Below are positions 46,411 through 53,292 of a stretch of DNA of 53,292 bases, piece after piece. Made by a program: the position numbers and the translations under genes. Source of the DNA: Thermoplasmata archaeon (GTDB lineage: Archaea; Thermoplasmatota; Thermoplasmata; Lutacidiplasmatales; UBA184); assembly GCA_050749765.1 (NCBI GenBank), contig JBOGRR010000001.1:1-53292 (forward strand). The letters run 5' to 3'. The notes under the pieces were generated by a model. That model did not search any database and was not told the origin of the DNA. It was given only the letters and a program-made list of their open reading frames with translations. How positions within the stretch are numbered: position 1 is the first letter of the stretch; each line of letters starts with the position of its first letter.

Positions 46411-47010
46411 TCAGCTCTGAGCTGCGGGCACAAGGCTGTACGGTCCCGACGGCTCGAGCTCGAAGAGGTCGAGCAGGGCTCTACGCGTGAACCCCCAAAG
46501 GACCCGACCATCGTAGACGGTCGCCTCGACCGGACGCACTCCGTCGCTCGTTCTACGGGGCACCGATCGGGCCGGCAGCAGCGTGGAGCGAGGGAGCCAG
46601 AATACCCCAGCGACCTCCTCGGGGCTCGCCGCGTGCGCAAGGCGGGCGCCCTCTCCCAGTCGCGCCGCGAAGACCCCGACCGGTAGTCGGCTCTGGAACG
46701 CGCCACCGATGCCGGCAAATCGGGGAGTCCCTACGAGATCCGAGCGACGGAGACCGACCTCCTCCTCACACTCGCGCAGCGCGGTAGCGAGAAGGGTCGC
46801 ATCGCCCGGATCGACCCGACCCCCGGGAAGCGCGATGTGACCGGACGCCGGGTCGTCGACCCGCTCCGTCCGCTGGATGAGCAGCACCTCGACCTCGCCG
46901 TCGCGTTCGCGCAACACCGCGATCGCGGCCGCTTTCGCGGCTTCGCGCGGAACGGTGTCGCCGAGCGAAAGCCGAGCGAGCACGTCAGAGATCGCTTTGC
47001 CTGCGCTCAC
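46411..47010 (-). CDS. NUDIX hydrolase (CoA pyrophosphatase-like)
   Basis: Nudix box LPGGRVDPGDATLLATALRECEEEVGL. Start set to the GTG at 47010, which overlaps the stop of the upstream small ORF (GTGA). Confidence 0.8.
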   Translation of the reverse strand: MSAGKAISDVLARLSLGDTVPREAAKAAAIAVLRERDGEVEVLLIQRTERVDDPASGHIALPGGRVDPGDATLLATALRECEEEVGLRRSDLVGTPRFAGIGGAFQSRLPVGVFAARLGEGARLAHAASPEEVAGVFWLPRSTLLPARSVPRRTSDGVRPVEATVYDGRVLWGFTRRALLDLFELEPSGPYSLVPAAQS

Positions 47011-47216
47011 GACTGCCAGTCGTAGGCGACCTTCGATCGCGTGAGCCGTCGATCGACGGTGTGCTCGGGCTGGGCCGCGACCCACTTCTCGAGCGTCGTG
47101 ACGTGCTCTTTGAGCATCGCGATCTGACTCTCGAGCTGGGCGATGCGGGACTCGAGGGAGTCGGCCTTCGCCGGGGTCGATGATGCCATCGGCGTGGTAC
47201 GGCCGGCCCCCGACAT
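47007..47216 (-). CDS. hypothetical small coiled-coil protein
   Basis: 69 codons. Heptad-like LESRIAQLESQIAMLKEHVTTLEKWV. Lies 9 nt downstream of the hydrolase gene and is stop-start coupled to the NUDIX gene. Confidence 0.4.
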   Translation of the reverse strand: MSGAGRTTPMASSTPAKADSLESRIAQLESQIAMLKEHVTTLEKWVAAQPEHTVDRRLTRSKVAYDWQS

Positions 47217-47225
47217 AACTCCTCC

Positions 47226-48050
47226 TTAGACGACCGGAGGCGCGGCGGAGCCTGGAGAGCTCTCGACCCGATTCACAAACTCGCGGATCGCGGTCGCCGT
47301 CTCCTCGGGCCGCTCGACCGGCATCATGTGACCGGTAGCTCGGTAGAGCTTGAGCTCCGCACCGGGGATCGACTGGCGGAGGAAGCGCCCGTGAGTGGAA
47401 TCGACGACGGAGTCGCTCATCGCCTGTAGGATGAGGGTCGGCACTTTAAGGCGGGAGAGCTGACCGCGGAGATCGAAGGTCGCGAGCTGCTCGGCCCACC
47501 GGCCGACGACCCCGAGCTGAGGCCCCGAGAGCTGGTGGCGCATCCGCTCGACGATCTCAAAGTGCTCTTCGGTCCAGTCGGCGTCGTAGAGGTCCTTGAC
47601 GAGACGCACGAGGAGGGCCTCCGAGCCGCCGTCCCGGAACGTCTCCTGCCAACGGACGACGATCTCCCGAGTGTGCCGGTCGCAATAGGCCGAACCGTTG
47701 ACGAGCGTGAGGCTCTTCGCGCGACCCGGGTGACGGTACGCGAGGTCGAGGGCAACGAACGCGCCCGCGCTCAGTCCGACCAGGTGCACGGGTTGGGGGC
47801 TCCTCTCGGTCAACAGCCGAAGGACGTCCGCCTCGAACTCGAGGAGTGCGTAGGTCGCCCCGGGCGGAGCGGGGGTCCGACCGTGCCCACGGAGATCAGG
47901 TGCCACCACCCGAAACTCTCGCTCCAACAGCGGGATCACCCCGTTCCAGATCGAGTGGTCCCCACCGAGGCCATGGAGGAGGAGGATGGTGGGACCTCGA
48001 CCAACTTCGCGCGCGAAAAGCTCGACGGAGGACGGGGCGGCCTCGGGCAC
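47226..48050 (-). CDS. alpha/beta-fold hydrolase
   Basis: 274 aa, GTG start. HG oxyanion motif LLLHGLGGD, nucleophile elbow GLSAGA, C-terminal GHM. GTAAATATGG box about 25 nt upstream. Confidence 0.85.
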   Translation of the reverse strand: MPEAAPSSVELFAREVGRGPTILLLHGLGGDHSIWNGVIPLLEREFRVVAPDLRGHGRTPAPPGATYALLEFEADVLRLLTERSPQPVHLVGLSAGAFVALDLAYRHPGRAKSLTLVNGSAYCDRHTREIVVRWQETFRDGGSEALLVRLVKDLYDADWTEEHFEIVERMRHQLSGPQLGVVGRWAEQLATFDLRGQLSRLKVPTLILQAMSDSVVDSTHGRFLRQSIPGAELKLYRATGHMMPVERPEETATAIREFVNRVESSPGSAAPPVV

Positions 48051-48155
48051 GCGCGCGCGACCGGGACCCCATATTTACCCCCATCGCGAACGAGGCCCGG
48101 GGGTGTCGACGGGGCAGCCGTTCCGCTATATATCCGGACCGAGCATGCAGGGTCG

Positions 48156-48782
48156 ATGACGCGGGGGGTGATGCTCATGAGCGGAGGGATCGACTCTCCG
48201 GTCTCCCTGTACTACCTGCTGCGCCAGGGCCACGAGATGGTCTGCGTCCACCTTGACAACCGGCCGTTCACGGACGACTCTCCTCTCGAGAAGATCCTCG
48301 ACCATCTCCGCGTGCTGCGCGAGCGATTCCAGCAGCCCCTGCCGCTCTACGTCCTCCCGCACGGACCGACGCAGATTACGCTCATGCGCAACACCGATCG
48401 TCACGTCGGCTGCGTGATGTGCCGCAGGTTCATGTGGCGGTCGGCCGAGCGCATTGCCGTCAAGGAGAACGCACGCTTCCTCGCGACCGGGGAGTCCCTC
48501 GGGCAGGTCGCGTCGCAGACGTTGAGCAACATGCGCACCGCGACGGCCGTGGTGCACTTGCCGATCGTGCGTCCGCTCATCGGGTTCGACAAGGCGGAAA
48601 CGGAGCGGGTCGCGCGGGAGATCGGGACCTACGAGATCTCGATCCGGCCGGGGGTCTGCTGCCAGGCGGTCCCCGATCGACCGGCGACGAAGAGCAACCT
48701 CATCCAGATCGCGCGCGAGGAAACGCTCATCGATGTCGAGCAGATCCTCGACGACTGCGTGCGCAACGCGGTCGTGATGTAG
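48156..48782 (+). CDS. ThiI-like PP-loop sulfurtransferase domain protein lacking the ferredoxin-like and THUMP domains
   Basis: Trimmed from ORF 47535.. to the ATG at 48156, which is 26 nt downstream of the CTATATATC box. PP-loop SGGIDSP, CxxC (CVMC), ATGESLGQVASQT, and a CC pair near the C-terminus. Confidence 0.75.
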   Translation: MTRGVMLMSGGIDSPVSLYYLLRQGHEMVCVHLDNRPFTDDSPLEKILDHLRVLRERFQQPLPLYVLPHGPTQITLMRNTDRHVGCVMCRRFMWRSAERIAVKENARFLATGESLGQVASQTLSNMRTATAVVHLPIVRPLIGFDKAETERVAREIGTYEISIRPGVCCQAVPDRPATKSNLIQIAREETLIDVEQILDDCVRNAVVM

Positions 48783-48854
48783 TCGGATCGTCCGAGCGCG
48801 CGCCAAGCATCTGGGACCATGGTCCATATACGGGGACCCCGGCTCTCGAGTTCG

Positions 48855-49232
48855 ATGGCAGCTCGCGGCGAAACCTATCCCGTCACGGCGGTCGGGCTCT
48901 CGATCCTCGGGGGCCTCGTCTATTTGCTCGTGGGGGCCGTCGTAGCGATCGTCGGTGCCGTGGGGTTCCTCGCTGGATTCACCTCGCCGTTCCCCGTCGC
49001 CGGAGAGGTCGCGGGACTCGTCGTGGTCGGCGTCCTGACGATCGTGTTCGCGGTGCTGTTGCGGCGCCAACCCGAGCTCGGCCTCTTCTGGGGTGCGCTG
49101 ATCGTCGTTCTCGCGCTCGTGAGCCTCGGATTCGAGTTTGGGGGGTTCGTGATCGGCTTCCTTTTGACGCTCGTCGGTGGGATCCTCGCGATCTCCGGGA
49201 AGCTCGGTCCCGCGCTCACCAAGGCGACGTAA
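48855..49232 (+). CDS. hypothetical 4-TM membrane protein (paralogue A)
   Basis: ATG at 48855 lies about 27 nt downstream of the CCATATACGG box. C-terminal GGFVIGFLLTLVGGILAISG matches the neighbour's GGLFVGFLLAIGGGVLTLS. Confidence 0.5.
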   Translation: MAARGETYPVTAVGLSILGGLVYLLVGAVVAIVGAVGFLAGFTSPFPVAGEVAGLVVVGVLTIVFAVLLRRQPELGLFWGALIVVLALVSLGFEFGGFVIGFLLTLVGGILAISGKLGPALTKAT

Positions 49233-49307
49233 CCGATTCCCCGCCGCACGGGGCCGGCCGCCGCGACCGACCCCGATGCCACTATACTCTCCGGCTATGC
49301 CGTGACG

Positions 49308-49727
49308 ATGGCGGCTCTGAGCGTCGCGGGTCCCGCGCGGGAGTTTCCGGGGACGGCCGTAGCCCTGACGCTCGCCGGCGGAATCTTCATCGCCCTCATC
49401 GGTGGGCTGATCGCGACCTCGTTCGCGGCCCTCGGCTCCGCCGCGAGCTCGCTACCCTCCGTATGGGGGACTTTGCTCGGAGCCGGCGGCATCGTCACCG
49501 GCATCGCGCTCGCCGCGTGCGGCGTCGGTCTTTGGATCCGCCCGCGTCGCTACGCAATGTGGGGCGGGCTGATCGTCCTCTTCGCCATCGTGAGCCTGAT
49601 CGTCGCGGCCGGCGGTCTCTTCGTCGGGTTCCTCCTCGCGATCGGGGGTGGGGTGCTGACCTTGTCGTGGACGCCCTCGTGGGAGCGGAAGGAGCCGCGC
49701 GCGCCGGCGCCACCCCCGATCCCATGA
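49308..49727 (+). CDS. hypothetical 4-TM membrane protein (paralogue B)
   Basis: ATG at 49308 (or GTG at 49302) lies about 27 nt downstream of the CACTATACTC box. Same topology and conserved last helix as paralogue A. Confidence 0.5.
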   Translation: MAALSVAGPAREFPGTAVALTLAGGIFIALIGGLIATSFAALGSAASSLPSVWGTLLGAGGIVTGIALAACGVGLWIRPRRYAMWGGLIVLFAIVSLIVAAGGLFVGFLLAIGGGVLTLSWTPSWERKEPRAPAPPPIP

Positions 49728-50053
49728 CGGGGCGATCTTCTCTCACGGCATCGGCGCTCCGACGTCCGCGATACGGCGCGGTGCGCCTGTGCTCGGGCAA
49801 GGGCGCCTACGAGGCGATCCCGGAGGAGCCCGTCCATCTCGACCTCGAAGAGGCGGCGCGCCGGCTCGTCGGGCGTGGCCTAGACGTGGTCGACGCGCGA
49901 GTGATGCTCCTCGTCCACTCCGATCCGGAGCTCACCATCAGCCAGAACGGGCGCCTCCTTCTGAAGACCCGCGATCCCGAAGTCGCCCGGCGGATGGTCG
50001 ACGAATTGTGGACCGCCCTCTCCTCCCGCTCCCGCGCGCCCAGCGAGGAGTGA
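49724..50053 (+). CDS. hypothetical small soluble protein
   Basis: 109 codons. These are the last part of the artefactual 544-aa track ORF. ATG overlaps the stop of paralogue B (ATGA). Composition is balanced (VHLDLEEAARRLVGRGLDVVDARVMLLVHSDPELTISQNGRLLLKTRDPEVARRMVDELW). Confidence 0.4.
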   Translation: MTGRSSLTASALRRPRYGAVRLCSGKGAYEAIPEEPVHLDLEEAARRLVGRGLDVVDARVMLLVHSDPELTISQNGRLLLKTRDPEVARRMVDELWTALSSRSRAPSEE

Positions 50054-50087
50054 AGGACGCACGACGTCGGGCCCGAGGGAGGATCGA

Positions 50088-51806
50088 GTGCCGATCGCGA
50101 GAGATCCGGGTCGGGAACGTCCGTGGCTCGCTCGTTATCCCGAGGGGGTCCCCTCCGAGATCGACCCGCCGGACGGCCGCGTGGACGACGTGGTCGGTGC
50201 CGCCGTTCGATCGGGGCCCCAACGGGTCGCGATCCGATTCTACGGACGCGACCTCCGCTACGAAGAGCTCTGGGAGGAGAGCGGGCGTCTCGCGACGGCG
50301 CTCGGCGCGGAGGGAGTCGGTCCGGAAGACCGGGTCGCCGTCGTCTTGCCCAACTGCCCACTCTACCCGATCGCGCTGCTGGCCGCCTGGCGCCTCGGCG
50401 CGACGATCGCGCAGATCTCCCCGCTCCTCGTCGGGGACGACCTGCTCGCGGTACTACGCGATGCGCGCCCGCGCGCCGTCGTGACGTTGGACCACCTCTA
50501 CCCTCCGCTCGATCGCGCTCGATCCGCTCATGCGGCCGAGCGCTACGTCCTCGCCTCCCTCGCCGACTTCCTGCCGGCGCAACCTCCGCGGTGGATGCGG
50601 CCACCGAGAGCGGTCCGGCCTCCGGCTCAACCCCCGAGCGAAGTCGGAGTGCTCCGCTGGAGGGAGATCTCGGGCCGAACGTCCGGCCCACCGACCCCGA
50701 GCCTCCGGGGCTCCGCGACGTCGGTCGCGCTGCTGCAGTACACCGGCGGTACGACCGGAACCCCCAAGGGTGCGATGTTGACCCATCGCAACCTGCTCGC
50801 GAACGCGACGCAGCTCAACGCGTGGAATTTCCTGCGAGTCCCCGGCGAGGAGGTCCTCCTCACGTCGATCCCCCTCTTCCACATCTACGGGCTCACGGTC
50901 GGCCTGCTCGTGGGCCTCATCGAAGGGGACGCGATCGTGCTCCAGTCGGCGCCCGACGTTGGAGAACTGCTCGAGCTCGTTCAGACATACCGGCCGACCC
51001 AGTTCCCGGGCGTCCCCGCGCTCTACCAGGGACTGCTCCGCCACCCCGAGGTCCGTCGTTACGATCTCCGCTCGATCCGGTACTGCCTATCGGGATCGGC
51101 ACCGTTGTCGGTCGAACTCCAGCGCCGCTTCGAGGAGGAGACCGGGGCCCGGCTCATCGAGGGCTATGGGCTGAGCGAGAGCTCTCCCGCGACGCACGCG
51201 AACCCCCGGGTCGGTGAGCGACGCGAAGGGTCGATCGGACTTCCGCTCCCGGGGACCGAAGAGCGGATCGTCGATCTCGAGACCGGGAGCCGTACCCTTC
51301 CGGTCGGGGCGATCGGGGAGCTTGAGGTCCGCGGCCCCCAGGTCATGCTCGGCTACTTCGGTCAACCGGAGGAGACCGCCCGCGCGCTTCACGAGGGGTG
51401 GTTGCGGACCGGGGACGTCGCTCGCCTGGACGCGGACGGGTTCGCCTACATCGTCGACCGGAAGAAGGACATGATCAATGTCGGCGGCCTCAAAGTGTGG
51501 CCCCGCGAGGTTGAGGAGGTCCTCTTCCGGCACCCCGCGGTCCTGGACGCCGCCGTCGTCGGAGTCCCGGATCCTCGGTCCGGCGAGGCCGTGCGGGCGT
51601 ATGTCGTACGGAACGCCGACGCCTCGGTGACCTCGCAGGAGCTGACCGCGTTCGTGCGAAACCACCTCGCCCACTACAAGGTCCCGAGGGAGGTCGAGTT
51701 CCGCGACGCCTTGCCCCGCAGCGGAGTCCAGAAAGTCCTTCGCCGCGTTCTTCGGGTCGAGGCGGGCCGCTCGGACCCTCCGACCGGACCCGGCGAACGC
51801 GGGTGA
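50088..51806 (+). CDS. AMP-dependent synthetase/ligase (long-chain-fatty-acid--CoA ligase-like)
   Basis: 572 aa, GTG start preceded by GGGAGGA. AMP-binding motif LLQYTGGTTGTPKGAMLTHRNL, then GYGLSESSP, TGDVARLDADGF, and C-terminal KVPREVEF...PRSGVQKVLRR. Confidence 0.9.
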   Translation: MPIARDPGRERPWLARYPEGVPSEIDPPDGRVDDVVGAAVRSGPQRVAIRFYGRDLRYEELWEESGRLATALGAEGVGPEDRVAVVLPNCPLYPIALLAAWRLGATIAQISPLLVGDDLLAVLRDARPRAVVTLDHLYPPLDRARSAHAAERYVLASLADFLPAQPPRWMRPPRAVRPPAQPPSEVGVLRWREISGRTSGPPTPSLRGSATSVALLQYTGGTTGTPKGAMLTHRNLLANATQLNAWNFLRVPGEEVLLTSIPLFHIYGLTVGLLVGLIEGDAIVLQSAPDVGELLELVQTYRPTQFPGVPALYQGLLRHPEVRRYDLRSIRYCLSGSAPLSVELQRRFEEETGARLIEGYGLSESSPATHANPRVGERREGSIGLPLPGTEERIVDLETGSRTLPVGAIGELEVRGPQVMLGYFGQPEETARALHEGWLRTGDVARLDADGFAYIVDRKKDMINVGGLKVWPREVEEVLFRHPAVLDAAVVGVPDPRSGEAVRAYVVRNADASVTSQELTAFVRNHLAHYKVPREVEFRDALPRSGVQKVLRRVLRVEAGRSDPPTGPGERG

Positions 51807-51855
51807 CGTCCCGGCAGGGCTATACTCGCCCCAGGTTCTCCGAGGGGCGAGTGCC

Positions 51856-52512
51856 ATGGCGAAACCGGCCCCTCTCAGGGACCCGCAGGTCTCCCGAGGG
51901 GCCGAAGCTACGCTGCGCCGCGTCGAGTGGATGGGCTTCCCGGCGATCGCGAAGGAGCGCGAGACCAAGGGCTACCGGCCTAAAGTACTGGACGACCGGC
52001 TCCGGAACGAGCGTACCCGGGCCGAGGTGCGCCTGCTCGTCGAGGCGCGACGTCTCGGGGTGCGGACGCCGATCGTCTACGATGTCGACCTCGCGCATCA
52101 CCGGCTGATCCTCGAAGAGCTCCCCGGACCGACCTTCCGTCAAGCGATCGAGGACCCGAGCGCTCCGGCGGAGGCGAACCAGGCGCGAGCGCACGGGCTC
52201 GGCGTCGCCCTGGGACGCCTCCATGCCGGCGGGATCGCGCACGGCGACCTCACGAGTTCGAACGTGCTCTTCCCTGAGGGCGCCGACGGAGCCGCGGCCC
52301 TCATCGATCTCTCGATGGGGAGCCGCAGCGCGGGCGTCGAGGAGCTCGGGATCGACCTCCACTTGGTCGAAGAGGATCTGCGAGCGCTCTCGGCCCAGGG
52401 CGAGGCGATGATCGAGCGGTTCCACGCGGGCTACGCCGAAGGGAACCCCGAAGGTCACAGCGCGGTTCGCACCCGCGCCCGCGCGATCCGCGGACGAATG
52501 CGCTACGCCTAG
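51856..52512 (+). CDS. bud32: Kae1-associated kinase Bud32 (KEOPS subunit), stand-alone
   Basis: 218 aa minimal kinase: GAEATL, AIAKER, RTRAEVRLLVEARRLGVRTP, catalytic loop HGDLTSSNVLF, IDLSMG. Confidence 0.85.
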   Translation: MAKPAPLRDPQVSRGAEATLRRVEWMGFPAIAKERETKGYRPKVLDDRLRNERTRAEVRLLVEARRLGVRTPIVYDVDLAHHRLILEELPGPTFRQAIEDPSAPAEANQARAHGLGVALGRLHAGGIAHGDLTSSNVLFPEGADGAAALIDLSMGSRSAGVEELGIDLHLVEEDLRALSAQGEAMIERFHAGYAEGNPEGHSAVRTRARAIRGRMRYA

Positions 52513-53292
52513 AGGAGCCGGGCGATCCGATCGAGCCCGGCGACGAGGGCGGTCGGCAATTCTTCGAGCAGGTCCGTCGCGACGAGACCGGAGCCTCGGC
52601 GGCCGGCGCCTCGGATGCCCGCGTCGCCGACCCAGAACGTCGCGAGCCGAGCGGCGTGGACCGGGCGTAGACCCTGCGCGAGGAGGCTCGCGATCGTTCC
52701 CGCGAGGATGTCCCCGACGCCCGACACCGTCTGGGCGACGTGATGGTGGTAGTTCTGGAAGAGGACTTCGCCGTCACTGATCACATCCGGCTCGCCCTTC
52801 ACCACAAGGAGCACGCCGCGCTGGCGGGCGATCTCTCTCACCTCCGTCGCTTCGTCCGATAGCAGTGCACCGGGGACGCCGCCGAACGCTCGGGCGTACT
52901 CTCCCGCGTTCGGGGTCGCAACGACGGTCCGCCCGGAAGGGACGGTCGGTGGGAGGGCGCCGAGAGCGTCCGCGTCGACGACGATCGGGAGGTCCGACGG
53001 AAGCCCCCGGATCACCTCCGCGAGGGCCGCGACCGTCTCCGGCTCGCGTCCCGCACCCATTCCGGTGACCACCGCGCGGGGGTTCGCCTCGTGCACCAAC
53101 GACAGGATCGCTGAGGCGTCCCCTGGGCGGAACACGCGCTCGCCGATCGCCCGGACCACGAGGTTCGGGCTGAACGACTGGATGGAGATCGCCGCGGGAT
53201 AGGGAGCGATGACGGTCGCGCGCTCCGCGCCCGATCTCAGCGCGGCGATCGCAGCGAGGGCGGGGGCCCCGGCGTACGGTCCGCCGCCGATC
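52509..53292 (-). CDS. nnrD: ADP/ATP-dependent NAD(P)H-hydrate dehydratase (YjeF C-terminal / carbohydrate kinase family), 5' end outside the window
   Basis: Open in frame to the window edge (IGGGPYAGAPALAAIAALRSGAE...). Motifs VVDADAL, TPNAGEYARAF, LVVKGEPDVISDG and SGVGDILAGTIASLLAQG. Confidence 0.85.
   Translation of the reverse strand, partial: IGGGPYAGAPALAAIAALRSGAERATVIAPYPAAISIQSFSPNLVVRAIGERVFRPGDASAILSLVHEANPRAVVTGMGAGREPETVAALAEVIRGLPSDLPIVVDADALGALPPTVPSGRTVVATPNAGEYARAFGGVPGALLSDEATEVREIARQRGVLLVVKGEPDVISDGEVLFQNYHHHVAQTVSGVGDILAGTIASLLAQGLRPVHAARLATFWVGDAGIRGAGRRGSGLVATDLLEELPTALVAGLDRIARLL

Noticed and set aside
48419-50053. 544-aa plus-strand ORF
   Set aside because: The frame runs out of phase through the ThiI-like gene and both membrane-protein genes and is extremely Arg/Gly/Pro-rich. 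Only its last 109 codons (49724-50053) lie in otherwise unoccupied sequence, and only those were kept.
1-53292. CRISPR arrays, rRNA genes, IS elements, integrases
   Set aside because: Reading both strands by eye, I found no regularly spaced direct repeats, no rRNA-like sequence, and no transposase or integrase motifs. The only mobile-element trace is the tRNA-Leu islet.

Overview
Very GC-rich (judged by eye, not computed), densely packed archaeal chromosomal segment: about 65 protein genes, 4 tRNAs, 1 likely pseudogene and 1 small integrated-element remnant. Archaeal origin is supported by proteasome alpha subunit, membrane-anchored LonB, TBP, Orc1/Cdc6, class I CCA-adding enzyme, RNase P Rpp21, Tsr3, Bud32 and NadM-type NMNAT. 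The PsmA N-terminus ([23 protein letters not shown]) looks Thermoplasma-like, so a Thermoplasmatota-type lineage is an inference only. Most content is housekeeping: uvrA/uvrC, folD, gltX, lipA, tmk, a complete pstSCAB-phoU operon, transporters (ABC, CDF, MFS, EamA) and three radical SAM enzymes. Gene organisation is compact, with many ATGA/GTGA stop-start overlaps and TATA-like boxes about 25-35 nt upstream of start codons, implying leaderless or short-leader mRNAs. I did not recognise a clear multi-gene novel system such as a defence island, CRISPR array or biosynthetic cluster. The observations most worth follow-up are: (1) tRNA-Gln(CUG) interrupted by a 34-nt intron at T-loop position 59/60 that folds into a textbook hBHBh' motif; (2) a roughly 0.7-kb lower-GC islet next to tRNA-Leu(CAA), flanked by direct repeats of the tRNA 3' end and carrying only a RelE-like toxin/antitoxin pair; (3) a signal-peptide-less M2 (ACE-like) peptidase; (4) small Cys-rich ORFs translationally coupled to folD and wedged between lonB and nadM; (5) a THUMP-less ThiI-like PP-loop enzyme followed by tandem paralogous membrane proteins and a coupled 109-codon ORF; (6) a co-directional tbp-tatD-tmk-cdc6-lipA string behind a duplicated TATA box; (7) a decayed MscS-like gene; (8) an AT-rich palindromic TATA region and long leader or uORF in front of pstS. 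Many long ORFs in the six-frame track are Arg/Pro/Gly-rich antisense or off-frame artefacts of the high GC content and were discarded or trimmed.
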